Positions 8,432 to 17,991 of a stretch of DNA of 30,737 bases are shown piece after piece (the first letter of the stretch is position 1; the number at the start of each line of letters is the position of its first letter). A model generated the notes under the pieces. It worked only from the letters and a program-made list of their open reading frames with translations, made no database searches and was not told the origin of the DNA. The DNA comes from a virus (lineage: Duplodnaviria; Caudoviricetes): the IMG/VR virus record IMGVR_UViG_3300035670_000933, positions 1 to 30,737 of that record; one strand, written 5' to 3'. A program made the position numbers and the translations under genes.

Positions 8432-8919
8432 AATCCTGCTCCTACGGGCTGAAGGTACTCTATCCATACGTATCCACTGCCGCCTGCCGCGCCGCTAGTT
8501 CCAGCCGCCGCGCCTGCTCCAACCGTAATCGAGATACCAGTTCCAGCCGTTACTGCTCCACCAGCCACAATTTCACTTCCAGCCGCCGCAAAAAACTGTC
8601 CTTCACTTCCTGCTCCGTTAGTTCCGTAAGTCATACCACCCTGACCACTATTCGTCGCACCTGTAACGTGGTAATTAGTTTCGATATATCGAATTCTCAT
8701 ACCTCCGCCGCCAGTAGCGCTAATAGTTCCACTCGCAAATGCGACAGAACTCGTTCCTCCAGTTGCCCACGACGCGGTTCCCGTACTACCGCCGCCAGCC
8801 CTGATATGCGCTATCGCGTACGTAACTCCTGCTGGCGGTGTAAAAGTTCCGTCAGCAGTAAATACCGTAACTCGTTTTTCATAACGGAAACCGCTTATAT
8901 ATCCGCTATCTCTACTCAC
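8428..8919 (-). CDS. Glycine-rich minor tail protein
   Basis: FTADGTFTPPAGVT...GGG...ITVGAG...GGSGYVWIEY glycine-rich domain. Confidence 0.75.
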   Translation of the reverse strand: MSRDSGYISGFRYEKRVTVFTADGTFTPPAGVTYAIAHIRAGGGSTGTASWATGGTSSVAFASGTISATGGGGMRIRYIETNYHVTGATNSGQGGMTYGTNGAGSEGQFFAAAGSEIVAGGAVTAGTGISITVGAGAAAGTSGAAGGSGYVWIEYLQPVGAGL

Positions 8920-9278
8920 GCTGAAATCCTATTCACGTAGCCGCCGATAAGAATTACGTTCGCGGAAGCGGCGAACGCTCGAACTACGAGCGGCGTCGCG
9001 TTTCCCTTTAGAACTAATCCAGCGATAACGGTAACTAAACCGCTCTCAGGAAGAACCGTTAATTCGATAAGGTCATCAGGCGAGGACGTTCCACCCCACT
9101 CAATAGTAAGTTTTCTCGCAGTCGTATCGGAGTTCACCGCATAAAGCCAAATCTCGTCGAACGTAGTCGCGGTAGCGCTACCAGTATGGATAGTCGTTCC
9201 AGCAGTAGCAGTAGCCGCGACTTTAATAAGTTTCCCGTCAGTCGAACCGCTAAGAATCTGTTTACTAAACGTCGCCAT
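8916..9278 (-). CDS. Putative minor tail/virion protein
   Basis: Beta-rich 120-aa ORF in the tail module. Confidence 0.6.
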   Translation of the reverse strand: MATFSKQILSGSTDGKLIKVAATATAGTTIHTGSATATTFDEIWLYAVNSDTTARKLTIEWGGTSSPDDLIELTVLPESGLVTVIAGLVLKGNATPLVVRAFAASANVILIGGYVNRISA

Positions 9279-9286
9279 ATTTCTCC

Positions 9287-9568
9287 TTAACTAAAAACCT
9301 GAACACCTAATACTATTTGGTCATCGTCTCCCGACGCACCACCGAACGGTTGCCAAGCGGAGCCGTCGTAATAAAACACGCTGTCGCTAGCGTCGATATA
9401 TGCGAACATACCCTCAGCCAGCGTCGGTTCTCCTACTCCACCAAATGCGTTATCACGCGCCGTCGTCGTCGCGAAGCGCATAATTACTTGGTCTTGTAGA
9501 TACGTATTGACCTGTGCGGCGGTCAGCACGTCGCCTGATACGAAGAGTTTTACACCTGCTCCAGCCAT
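9287..9568 (-). CDS. Putative minor tail protein
   Basis: F.SGDVLTAAQVN...FATTTARD...YDGSAW resembles the N-terminal module of actinophage tail fibres. Confidence 0.7.
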   Translation of the reverse strand: MAGAGVKLFVSGDVLTAAQVNTYLQDQVIMRFATTTARDNAFGGVGEPTLAEGMFAYIDASDSVFYYDGSAWQPFGGASGDDDQIVLGVQVFS

Positions 9569-9574
9569 AGGCGT

Positions 9575-10828
9575 TTATGATAGCGCATTAGAGGCATCAA
9601 GTACGCCGTAAGTTGCGTCATCTAGCGTAAACGGAAATACGAGTTCCGCAGGAGCGAGACGGATAACGACGTTATGCGCTCCAGCCGAAAGGCTATGGCT
9701 AATTCCTTCTATCGAATAAGTCTGGGTAACGGAGGCAGGAGAGCCAGTCGCATAGGTTCTAGTTATTTCTACAATGTCGGCTATTTCGAGGTCTAAGACG
9801 TCGCTCCGTTGTCCAGAAGTAATTCGATTCATAGAAACCGCGAGGTCGTCGAAACGGTATACGGGCTGGCTATATCGGTCTAGGAGCGTATTCGCGAGCG
9901 TAAGCGCGGCGGCGTCCGACGCTAAAAGAAGGTCAGAAAGAGCGAGCGTCGTAATACCGAACTCGTCCTGAGAATCGGTATCGTCCGCGTTCTGGACTGC
10001 TCCACCTTCGGTCTGTGTCGAAATACGGTTATAGAGGAACTCTTGTCCATAAAGCACCGATAGCGACGAGTAAGGAATATCGCTACCTGTATCGGAGAAC
10101 GTCGCCGCGATAGACGCGAAGACAGTAGTTATACGGTCAGTAAAGGTAAGGGTTCCGTCTTTCGCTACGTAGAGATATCCCTGTTCCGCGTCAGCGCACC
10201 TTTGAAGATAAGTAAGAGCGTTCGTATTCGCTCCGATTTCGTACGCTCCTAGAGCCGTAGTACCCGTATTTATAGAACGCGAAGCGGCAGGATAGCCGAC
10301 AGAGGCGAGGTCTAATATTCGTTCTACTCGTGCTCCAGATAGTTCTTCGCTAGGAGTAAACGCGTCTCCAGTAGTCGTATTCGCAAGAAGAACAAAATCG
10401 TCCGAAGCACTAAAAACGACCTCTGAAAGGTTGTAATCATAGATAACGTCGATATCCGTAATACGACCTGTAAAGACGGCTTTACCGTCTAAAAGAATCG
10501 TCACTTTTCTTCGCGGCGTAACTCCAGAGCGTCCAAGAGTCGAATCCCAATAAGGTGAATCTTCGTTAATCGGGTCGAAACGTCGGTCATTATTTATAAG
10601 TCGAAGCGTCGCCGTACCAGCACTAAAGTTTGCGAGTTGGTCAGAACGTCCTCGCGAAATAGAAACTTCGCGACAGAATGAAGAAACGTCATCACCTAAA
10701 AGAGTTCCGTCGAGAGCGTTCGAATCTAAGACGCCCAGAGAAGCGCTATCTAACGTAAATGGATTAACAGGAAAACCTAATTCCATTAAAACAGTAACGG
10801 ACTCACCCCAAGGGAACGTTGTAGCCAT
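9575..10828 (-). CDS. Minor tail (tail-tip/hub) protein
   Basis: Directly after the tape measure gene; ISRGRS...GTATLRL.N.DRRFDP...FTGRI pattern. Confidence 0.75.
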   Translation of the reverse strand: MATTFPWGESVTVLMELGFPVNPFTLDSASLGVLDSNALDGTLLGDDVSSFCREVSISRGRSDQLANFSAGTATLRLINNDRRFDPINEDSPYWDSTLGRSGVTPRRKVTILLDGKAVFTGRITDIDVIYDYNLSEVVFSASDDFVLLANTTTGDAFTPSEELSGARVERILDLASVGYPAASRSINTGTTALGAYEIGANTNALTYLQRCADAEQGYLYVAKDGTLTFTDRITTVFASIAATFSDTGSDIPYSSLSVLYGQEFLYNRISTQTEGGAVQNADDTDSQDEFGITTLALSDLLLASDAAALTLANTLLDRYSQPVYRFDDLAVSMNRITSGQRSDVLDLEIADIVEITRTYATGSPASVTQTYSIEGISHSLSAGAHNVVIRLAPAELVFPFTLDDATYGVLDASNALS

Positions 10829-13533
10829 TACGCCACCGCGAGCGGAAGAGCACCATTACGACGCTGATAACGCTTCAGCGCGTCTACGATTTGGTCTCCA
10901 ACTTCCGCGCCGTTAGTTCCTAGACCAGCGTTTACGACGATAGAGATATTCGTTCCGCCGAAATCACTAGCACGAGAAAGCGGAATAATCGCCTCCGCTC
11001 CTGCCTCACCGACAAGCCCAAGCGTAGGACGCGTAACGATTCCACCGTCAGCGAACGGAGTAAAGAAAGGATTACCGCCGAAAAAATCCGATTCCCTAAA
11101 CGAAGGAATAGAAATAGGAGGACTCAAACGAGACGAAACCTCCGCCTCCGTTCTCGTCATATCCTTCTGAGCCTTACGAACGATAGCGGCAGGCGTCTCA
11201 GCACGAACCTTGCGAAGTTCTTTCTCCGCCTCAATAAGTTTTTCGATAGCGTCACGCTCCGAATCGAGAGCGTCCTTATACGCCTTAGACGCCTCAACCT
11301 CGTCGTCCTTAGCCTTCGTAAGCGCTTCGAGCGCCTCCCTATATTCCTCAGAACCTTCTTTAGCGCCTTCCACAATTACGTCATAGAGATAGTTCTGACG
11401 ATTAAGTTCCAAAGTCGCGTCAGCCTGAGCCACCGTCGCGTCCTCTACCGATAGTTTCGCGTCAGCCAATTCGCGTTCAGCCTGCTCGATTTCCTCCGTC
11501 GTCGGAACCTGAGTACGAAGCCTCTGAAGTTCCTTCTCACTATCCGTAATCGCATACGTAGCGTCACGAACAGCGTACTTTGCCTCCTCCAGAGCGATTT
11601 CGGCGCGGCGAATCTCTTCTGGCGTAGCACCTTCGCGAGTACGAATCTCCTGAAGTTCTCGCTCCGCCTCACCTAAGTCAAACGTGGCTTCTTCGAGGTC
11701 GAACTTTCGTTTCTGAAGGTTAATCTCCGCGTCTTCGACGTTACGAGCGCTTGGACCTTCACGGAGAAGACGTAGTTTCTCCTCCGCCTTCTGAACGTTC
11801 TTAACCGAATCTTCGACGCTCCAGTTAGCGCGGACAAGCGCTCTCTGTGCTTCCTCTACTGCTCGCGCCTGCTTCGCCGCTTCCGCCGAATCACGACCAT
11901 AGCCCTGTGTAACGCGATTAAAGTTCTCCTGCGCTTTACGAACTCCGTCCGTCGCGGTCTGAAGTTTCTTAAACGAATCAGATACACGGTCACGAACATC
12001 GAGAAGAGAACGTTCGGCACTAGAGACGCCTTTAAGCGCGTCCGTATACGTCTTTAACTGTTTCTGAGCCTTCTCAATAGCGGATTCGCCGCCGCCGCCT
12101 CCACCGCCGCCGCCGCCTCCGCCGCCTCCGCCTGTACCCGTCGTCGTGCTACCCGTCGGCTTAAAACCTAGATTCTTTTTCTCCGCGTCCTGAATCATTC
12201 CAAGAACGTTGATTACTTTCTTTCCTGCTTTATCTGCCGCGTCACCGATACGCCCAAATGCGACTTCTCCGATTTCGCCTAACTTTGGAACGTCAATACC
12301 TACGGCGCGAAGAATTCCGCCGAAAAGATTTACGCCTTTAATAACGATATTTATGGCGCGAATCCAGAAATTTACCATTGTCTCGAAATAGCCGATAATG
12401 GCGTTAATAACGAAATTAACTACCTTACGGAATCCTTCGAATCGAACGTATGCGGCGGCTACCGCGACGCCAAATGCGATTACTGCGGCTACGACAATTC
12501 CTATCGGATTCGAAAAAAGAGCAACGTTAAAAAGATTCTGCGAAATAGTTGCGGCGATAGTAATTCCGCGAAGAATCGCGAACGCCGTACCGATACCTAG
12601 AAGAAGGTCTACGAACTTATTTCCGCTCGAAAGCACGTTAAGAAGTTCGCCGCCTAAATACTTAAGACCAGCGCCGATACCGTTCTTACCGACGATATCT
12701 GAAAACGTCTGAAGGCGTGGAAGCACTTCGTCTTGTAGAAATCCAAGCAGGCTTTTAAAGACGGGAAGTAGTGCTGTACCTAGTTCCGCTTTAACGTCCT
12801 CAAAGGAGGCTTTAAGGATTCGGCTCATATTCGCTACGCCGTCGCTCGTTCGCGCAAAGTCTCCTTGCGCTAGAGAAGAGTCCTTCATAATTAACGCGTA
12901 AGCGGCTTGCGCTTTAGCCGCGATAGGAAGCGTTCCCTTAGTCGTTTCGATAAGTCCTAGACGAAGTGCCTCTTCCTTTAGGCGTACGTCGTTAAGAGCA
13001 ATACCGAAACGCTTTAACGGTTCCGTCTCTCCCGAAAGTCCTGAGCGGAGCGCTAGAAGAACGTCGTCAATGTTCGCATTATTAAACGAGGCGAGGTCTG
13101 CGGCAAGAGTGACGAGCGTCGTACTCATCTCCTGTGCTGGCTTCTGCCCAATACCGAACGCTTGGAAAAGATTCCCGTACGTGCCTGTGGCTTCTAGTGC
13201 CGCCTGCTTCGAGATACCTAGATTCTTCGCCGCGTCGTCCGCAAACTTGACTACCGCTTCCGAAGACTGACCGAAAACTACGTTTACCTTCGACATTGAC
13301 TCTTCGAGAGCGGAGCCAGCGTCTACTAACTGTTTACCGATAACCGCTCCAGCGATACCTACGACGGCTCCGAACTTCGCAATATTCTTCAGCGCAGTAG
13401 TCGCGGCTTTATCGACAGTACGGAACGCATACGTCGCCTTATTTCCAGCGCCGTCAAGTTTCTTAAAGTCGTTAATCGCCTTATTTATGCCACGCGAATC
13501 AAACTGCGAAATAATAGGTACGACGACTGCCAT
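10828..13533 (-). CDS. Tape measure protein
   Basis: 901 aa, Ala/Gly-rich helical; LAADLASFNN...LSGETEPLKRFG core, hydrophobic segment, poly-Gly linker, coiled-coil repeats, C-terminal FADGGIV...GEAGAEAIIPL. Confidence 0.93.
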   Translation of the reverse strand: MAVVVPIISQFDSRGINKAINDFKKLDGAGNKATYAFRTVDKAATTALKNIAKFGAVVGIAGAVIGKQLVDAGSALEESMSKVNVVFGQSSEAVVKFADDAAKNLGISKQAALEATGTYGNLFQAFGIGQKPAQEMSTTLVTLAADLASFNNANIDDVLLALRSGLSGETEPLKRFGIALNDVRLKEEALRLGLIETTKGTLPIAAKAQAAYALIMKDSSLAQGDFARTSDGVANMSRILKASFEDVKAELGTALLPVFKSLLGFLQDEVLPRLQTFSDIVGKNGIGAGLKYLGGELLNVLSSGNKFVDLLLGIGTAFAILRGITIAATISQNLFNVALFSNPIGIVVAAVIAFGVAVAAAYVRFEGFRKVVNFVINAIIGYFETMVNFWIRAINIVIKGVNLFGGILRAVGIDVPKLGEIGEVAFGRIGDAADKAGKKVINVLGMIQDAEKKNLGFKPTGSTTTGTGGGGGGGGGGGGGGGESAIEKAQKQLKTYTDALKGVSSAERSLLDVRDRVSDSFKKLQTATDGVRKAQENFNRVTQGYGRDSAEAAKQARAVEEAQRALVRANWSVEDSVKNVQKAEEKLRLLREGPSARNVEDAEINLQKRKFDLEEATFDLGEAERELQEIRTREGATPEEIRRAEIALEEAKYAVRDATYAITDSEKELQRLRTQVPTTEEIEQAERELADAKLSVEDATVAQADATLELNRQNYLYDVIVEGAKEGSEEYREALEALTKAKDDEVEASKAYKDALDSERDAIEKLIEAEKELRKVRAETPAAIVRKAQKDMTRTEAEVSSRLSPPISIPSFRESDFFGGNPFFTPFADGGIVTRPTLGLVGEAGAEAIIPLSRASDFGGTNISIVVNAGLGTNGAEVGDQIVDALKRYQRRNGALPLAVA

Positions 13534-14142
13534 TTACGATTCCGTTTCTCGCTCGCTACCGAACTGACCGCTACTACGCCGCACTTGGAGAGAAGCGCGT
13601 TCAGACTGTAGTTGTCTCTGCGAAATAGTTCCACCAGCCAATTTCTTAGACACCATTTCTTCGGTGCTCTTCAGACTCGCCTTAATCGAGCCAAGAACCG
13701 CTTCCAAACCGTTATTAACGGTACGCCACATAATACGAGACGGCTTCTCGAAGCCAGCAGTCTCTAAACCTTTTACGAGAGGAATCGAAGGCTTACGAGA
13801 GCCAGCCATATCTAAGACGACGCCGCCAGCGTCTCTCTGACGAAGCCGAAGAATAGGAACCTCACCCGTCATACGGTTCGCTCGTCCGCCAAATACCGCC
13901 GTAACGCGGCTCCTTACTTTTCCTCCGTCCCAGTACGGAAAACGAGACTCACCTTTACGTTCAGGCGTCGTATGCCAATAAGACACGGGAGGTTTCGTCG
14001 GGAACTGTGTTCGAGCCTGACGAACGAGTTCGTCCGCAGGTGCTTTAATCTGCTTACGAATCCCGTTATATAGCGTTCGGTCAAGATAATAAAGTTCTTT
14101 AAGCGTTTCGCCTAAACCGTACACCTGAACTTTCGCGACCAT
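13534..14142 (-). CDS. Putative neck/tail-completion protein (HK97 gp10-like)
   Basis: Basic protein starting V.V.GL.ETLKEL with PSRIMW near the C-terminus; in the tail module. Confidence 0.5.
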   Translation of the reverse strand: MVAKVQVYGLGETLKELYYLDRTLYNGIRKQIKAPADELVRQARTQFPTKPPVSYWHTTPERKGESRFPYWDGGKVRSRVTAVFGGRANRMTGEVPILRLRQRDAGGVVLDMAGSRKPSIPLVKGLETAGFEKPSRIMWRTVNNGLEAVLGSIKASLKSTEEMVSKKLAGGTISQRQLQSERASLQVRRSSGQFGSERETES

Positions 14143-14152
14143 AGCGCATATG

Positions 14153-14365
14153 TTACTCGACTCGACGCGTTCTCCATTTACGAGCGTTATACGCGTTTAC
14201 GCTTCCATAGATTCCTGCTCCTAAAAGAAATCCATACTGGCGCGTAGCGAGCGCGAAGACCACCCAGAGGCACTCGTTAAGAAACGCAAGAAGCCAGCCA
14301 TACCATTTCCCTTTCCCGATAACGAAAAGAGCAGTAACGCCGATAATCGAAAGAACGTATGGCAC
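14153..14365 (-). CDS. Small PnuC-like membrane protein
   Basis: Three short TM helices; GKGKWYGWL...NECLW...QYGF...KW pattern; GTG overlaps the upstream TAG. Confidence 0.6.
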   Translation of the reverse strand: MPYVLSIIGVTALFVIGKGKWYGWLLAFLNECLWVVFALATRQYGFLLGAGIYGSVNAYNARKWRTRRVE

Positions 14366-14547
14366 TAGCGGAACCGTTTCTTCTTAGCCTGCTCGTGCGC
14401 TTTCTCTTCGGCTCGCCGCTTATCTTTTAAGTAGTTCGCTATGGCTTGGAGCATTTCAGGTGACTCAGCCAACAGGACGGACGGCGCTATTCCCGTCTCG
14501 ACTGCGAGAACCGCTATTTCGTAGTGGGCTGAGTCTCGACTAAAGGG
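14365..14547 (-). CDS. C-terminal (T) part of the tail assembly chaperone, reached by -1 frameshift
   Basis: The -1 frame from slippery C CCT TTA (14547-14541) reads PFSRDSAHYEIAVLAVETGIAPSVLLAESPEMLQAIANYLKDKRRAEEKAHEQAKKKRFR*. Confidence 0.8.
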   Translation of the reverse strand, partial: PFSRDSAHYEIAVLAVETGIAPSVLLAESPEMLQAIANYLKDKRRAEEKAHEQAKKKRFR

Positions 14548-14798
14548 CTGTCCGTACCTTCCATAGGCTCGACGGATTCGACGGAGTTAATCCAGTCAGG
14601 GTCGAACGCGAGCGTCGTCTTACCGCGCCTCTTCATACTGTGCCACGCGAGCCAAGCGAGGTCAGTAAGGCGAAGTTCCGTATCGAATTTAGTAACGCTC
14701 TTATTCCACGTTCGTTCGAAAGAAACGAAGTCACCAAAGCCTGCTTCGAGTTCTTCCGTCGAGCCGTCTGCGAACTTTACTCGTAGAGGAATTTTCAT
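14514..14798 (-). CDS. Tail assembly chaperone (G)
   Basis: Between the major tail and tape measure genes; slippery heptamer near the 3' end. Confidence 0.82.
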   Translation of the reverse strand: MKIPLRVKFADGSTEELEAGFGDFVSFERTWNKSVTKFDTELRLTDLAWLAWHSMKRRGKTTLAFDPDWINSVESVEPMEGTDSPLVETQPTTK

Positions 14799-14828
14799 TA
14801 GTGCTCCTTCTTCGGTAGGGAATAGTTA

Positions 14829-15239
14829 TCAGGCGCCAGTGCTCTTCGCGAGAGTTCCACCCGTGAATGTGAGTTCGGTCATAGCCAACTCACCAACCGC
14901 GCCCATAACAGGCGTATGCGCTCCCAGATATGCGTTCGAAATCGTATAGAGAGGATTTGTCGCGGAAGTAGCGGCGGCACTTGGACGAACGGTAACGGTA
15001 GTCGTCTGACCTACCAAACCGTAAATCGTCGCCTCGACTTCGCCTGCGGCGAAATCCTGCTGGAACGAAATTTCGCAAGAAATGTTCTGGAGTCCGCCAG
15101 CGAACTTATGTCCTGAATCTCCGAAGGCTGTGACCTCGACGGAATCGACTTCGTATGTGAGGGTGACGCTATTAGCGCGGTCACTCAGGACGACGCCGTT
15201 CACGGTGATATCTGCGTTAGTAAGAACGAGTTGCGCCAT
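14829..15239 (-). CDS. Major tail (tube) protein
   Basis: LSD...SVTL...VEVTAFGD...GGL...NPLY pattern; position upstream of the chaperone. Confidence 0.85.
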   Translation of the reverse strand: MAQLVLTNADITVNGVVLSDRANSVTLTYEVDSVEVTAFGDSGHKFAGGLQNISCEISFQQDFAAGEVEATIYGLVGQTTTVTVRPSAAATSATNPLYTISNAYLGAHTPVMGAVGELAMTELTFTGGTLAKSTGA

Positions 15240-15245
15240 AGTAGG

Positions 15246-15413
15246 TCACTTTTCCTTTACTGCTTCGTCTGATTTCTTGGATTCCTTCAGAACTTCGATA
15301 TGTCCGCCCTGAAGAAGTGCCTCAATGTTAGCACCTTCGAGGTCGTCCGCGTCAATTACGTCGCCAGCATTTTTACCAGCGAGACGATTCGAAAGAACTT
15401 TAAACTTCTTCAT
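15246..15413 (-). CDS. Small hypothetical virion-module protein (55 aa, not in ORF track)
   Basis: MKKFKVLSNRLAGKNAGDVIDADDLEGANIEALLQGGHIEVLKESKKSDEAVKEK; AGGAG RBS; fills the gap. Confidence 0.75.
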   Translation of the reverse strand: MKKFKVLSNRLAGKNAGDVIDADDLEGANIEALLQGGHIEVLKESKKSDEAVKEK

Positions 15414-15424
15414 AATTCGTACTC

Positions 15425-15832
15425 CTAAGCGTGAACCGTTATCGTCGTTTGGATTTCTAGAAACTCCGCGCCGTCTACTGCGAGGCTCGAAATGTCCGCA
15501 CTTGATGATACCACTAGAGAAGCGGCTACGCCGCCAAGAGTCGTATCGGCTTCTAGTGCCGCTCTAATACTCTTCGCGCCAGAATACGAAAGGTAATCGT
15601 CGAGAAGCGCGTGAGCGGTTCGGTCTAAATATCGTCCGACGATAACGCGAATAATCCAGACCATTTGGACGTTTCCGCCAGCGAAAGCGCGGTGATATTG
15701 GATACTCGAAAGAGAAGGAAACGCGATAGGCGGATTTAACTGTTCAGGCTGATACGAAAACGTACGAAGTCCGCTAATCGTTGCGAGACGAGCCTTTAAA
15801 CCGTCCGCTACCTGAGAGACGGTAGCCGCCAT
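15425..15832 (-). CDS. Tail terminator protein
   Basis: ATG at 15832 (TAATG coupling); ARLATISGLR...SIRAALEADTTLGG; position. Confidence 0.72.
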   Translation of the reverse strand: MAATVSQVADGLKARLATISGLRTFSYQPEQLNPPIAFPSLSSIQYHRAFAGGNVQMVWIIRVIVGRYLDRTAHALLDDYLSYSGAKSIRAALEADTTLGGVAASLVVSSSADISSLAVDGAEFLEIQTTITVHA

Positions 15833-16428
15833 TAGATAACTCCGAAGGCGCGGTAAGGAGAGAGCAGGTCGCGAACGTCTGGGTCTACAGCACGTACCTG
15901 AATAGCCATATCTCCGAAACCGACGACTCCTAGAGCCGCGTTGTAGCGACTGAAGCCACGAATAGAAAGAAGAACGCAAGCCTCGCGGACGTCATTTGGA
16001 ATAGACGGCCAGCCAAAGGTTCCCGTAATTTCGATAGTTGGACGAGGCGGCTGGTAAAGGAACGGAAACGATTTATCACCCTGAGCCGTTAGACGCGTAT
16101 ATGGTCTGCTCTGAAGAGAAACGTCGGTTGGCTCTAGGTAGTAATCGGAGGCGCTCCACGTAGTCGCAAACGTTCCGTCACCTGCGGTATCTGTTTTAAC
16201 TATAAGCCCTGTCGCCGTAGCGAGGTCAGGAAGACCAACAGAGAAATCGTCTACAGGAAATAATTTAATCGTCTTCGTTGTCTGATAGAAGAAGCGTCCG
16301 CAATAGCCGTCAATACGACGCGAAGCGCCTTCTATCGACTTCTCTAGAAGCGTATCGTCAGTCGAATCGGTAAGCCGAAGCGCGGCTTTAACCTCTGCGA
16401 GGGTACAGTAGCCGTTCGTAATAGCCAC
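15832..16428 (-). CDS. Head-tail adaptor (HK97 gp6/SPP1 gp15-like)
   Basis: YCTLAEVKAAL...DD.LL...ASRRIDGYCGR.F...FGW..IP.DV..AC. Confidence 0.88.
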   Translation of the reverse strand: MAITNGYCTLAEVKAALRLTDSTDDTLLEKSIEGASRRIDGYCGRFFYQTTKTIKLFPVDDFSVGLPDLATATGLIVKTDTAGDGTFATTWSASDYYLEPTDVSLQSRPYTRLTAQGDKSFPFLYQPPRPTIEITGTFGWPSIPNDVREACVLLSIRGFSRYNAALGVVGFGDMAIQVRAVDPDVRDLLSPYRAFGVI

Positions 16429-16620
16429 TTACTCGCCTCGTTTCTTCGCTCGTTTCTTTACTGCTCGTTCCACTACAGGAGAAGCCGTAGCCGTTTCTTC
16501 GATTTCGATACCGAAAGCACGAAGCGCCGCGTCTACTTGCGCGACACGCGCCGTAAGACCACGACGAACGTAGCCTTCTCTTTCGATTAGAAGCGTTTCT
16601 ACTGCTCGATTATTCTCCAT
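16429..16620 (-). CDS. Hypothetical protein
   Basis: 63-aa ORF after the capsid gene with a GAGG RBS. Confidence 0.75.
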   Translation of the reverse strand: MENNRAVETLLIEREGYVRRGLTARVAQVDAALRAFGIEIEETATASPVVERAVKKRAKKRGE

Positions 16621-16633
16621 ACGTTCCTCTTTC

Positions 16634-16683
16634 GTAGTTAGAGCCTGACGGCGGAACTAGCCGCCGCCAGACTCTACAACTAC
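16634..16683 (-). terminator. Long stem-loop after the capsid gene (attenuator/mRNA stabiliser)
   Basis: AGAGTCTGGCGGCGG-CTAGTT-CCGCCGTCAGGCTCT with G-U pairs on the minus strand, extended by GTAGTT/AACTAC; no U-tract. Confidence 0.65.
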
Positions 16684-16689
16684 TTAACG

Positions 16690-17991
16690 TTAGAACGTCG
16701 GTGCGGCGAGACCAGAACCGATAATCTCAGCCCACGCCTTCGGGTAACGACCAACGGTGTTGGCTGAGTAGCCATACACCACCATAGTCACGTCGAGTTC
16801 CGCCGCCTTCGGCTGTTCGAAACGGAGAAGCATTGGCTCGCCGTTTCCGTCTTCCCACAGGTGGAGTTCCTGCGTATTTCCGATGTAAACCGCGTCTTGG
16901 TCGGTGTTCAGGGTCGTAGGAACGTTCGCGTCGGTAATAACTGGCAGACCAGCGATGGTGTAGCCGCTATTTCCGTAGACGACGGAGCCTGCGCCAGTTG
17001 CGACGGTGTTCATCGGGTTATGCGACTGCGGAAGCGCCAACGGGCGGTTCGTCGAGTCGATAGCGGCGAGAATCCAAGCCAAGCGGCGCGGGTGCATAAT
17101 GATGACGTTCGGACCAGCGTAGAACGAGGTCTGAATTTTCTGAACGGCGTCGAGAAGTTTCGGATAGAACTCTGCGACGGACGGCGAAGCGTCGGTGTAG
17201 GTAACGGTGTTTCCGTTGCCAACCTTAATGGTGTTCACAACGTCTGCGTCGAGCGACGTGTGGTAGGCGGAAACGAGGTCAGCCATAACGAGGCTGTCTA
17301 CGTTCGTTCCACGCTCCAACGCCTGACGGCTAACGTTCTGCTGACCAGCGAACGTCTTAACCGTCACGTCCAACTTGGTGTCGTCCATATTCGTTTCGGA
17401 GACAGCCGCGCCTTCAGTCTGCTCTGCGACCGACGAGCCAGTGGTGACTCGCGAAATCGAAATGGTCAGACCTTCCGCAGGGAGTTGGTGCTTACGCGCC
17501 GCGTCTGCGGTTGGGCGACCTGCTCGTGCGAACGGAGCCGCCAAGTCGGTGAGGTACTGCGGAACGATAAGACCAGCGAAGTTTGCGCTCGTCACGTCAC
17601 GACGCTCTACGCGCTCCTCGTTCATATGGCGAGCGAGGCGCTCCTTAGCGGCGTAGTCGTTATTAAACTGCGCGGCGAAAGCGTCTGCGACGAAGGAGTT
17701 CTTCGACTGCTTGGTGTAGGTGCGCTCCTCGCGGACGACGCGAGCAGGAGCGGTGACTTCTGCGATTCCGTTCGCCTTGCGGAGTTCTGCGGCTTCTGCC
17801 GAACGCTTCTCCAGTTCGACGTGCTTCGAAATCTGCTCGTCAAGTGCGCGAACCTCGTCGAGAACGGCGGTAACTTCCGCGTCCTCTTCGGTGCTCAGGT
17901 CGCGAGCCTCGTCCTTCGCCTTAGCGATAAGGTCGTCAGCCTTTGCGAGAGCGGCGTTGCGCTTTTCGGTGAGTGTCTCTGAATACTTCAT
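16690..17991 (-). CDS. Major capsid protein, HK97 fold with N-terminal delta (scaffold) domain
   Basis: Coiled-coil N-terminus, GLIVPQY, QTEGA, IMHP, IAGLPVITDANVP; follows the protease. Confidence 0.93.
   Translation of the reverse strand: MKYSETLTEKRNAALAKADDLIAKAKDEARDLSTEEDAEVTAVLDEVRALDEQISKHVELEKRSAEAAELRKANGIAEVTAPARVVREERTYTKQSKNSFVADAFAAQFNNDYAAKERLARHMNEERVERRDVTSANFAGLIVPQYLTDLAAPFARAGRPTADAARKHQLPAEGLTISISRVTTGSSVAEQTEGAAVSETNMDDTKLDVTVKTFAGQQNVSRQALERGTNVDSLVMADLVSAYHTSLDADVVNTIKVGNGNTVTYTDASPSVAEFYPKLLDAVQKIQTSFYAGPNVIIMHPRRLAWILAAIDSTNRPLALPQSHNPMNTVATGAGSVVYGNSGYTIAGLPVITDANVPTTLNTDQDAVYIGNTQELHLWEDGNGEPMLLRFEQPKAAELDVTMVVYGYSANTVGRYPKAWAEIIGSGLAAPTF

Noticed and set aside
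12088-12133. GCC-rich repeat as a contingency locus
   Set aside because: It encodes an in-frame poly-Gly linker of the tape measure protein using mixed codons.
15833-15979. Long upstream extensions given by the ORF track (15979; likewise 1369, 8467, 25307, 27388, 30051)
   Set aside because: They overlap upstream genes extensively; coupled starts (TAATG, ATGA or GTGA) give better gene models.
16861-17982. 373-aa plus-strand ORF antisense to the capsid gene (and the other plus-strand ORFs)
   Set aside because: Shadow of biased codon usage on the coding strand; no RBS or recognisable motifs; all credible genes are on the minus strand.
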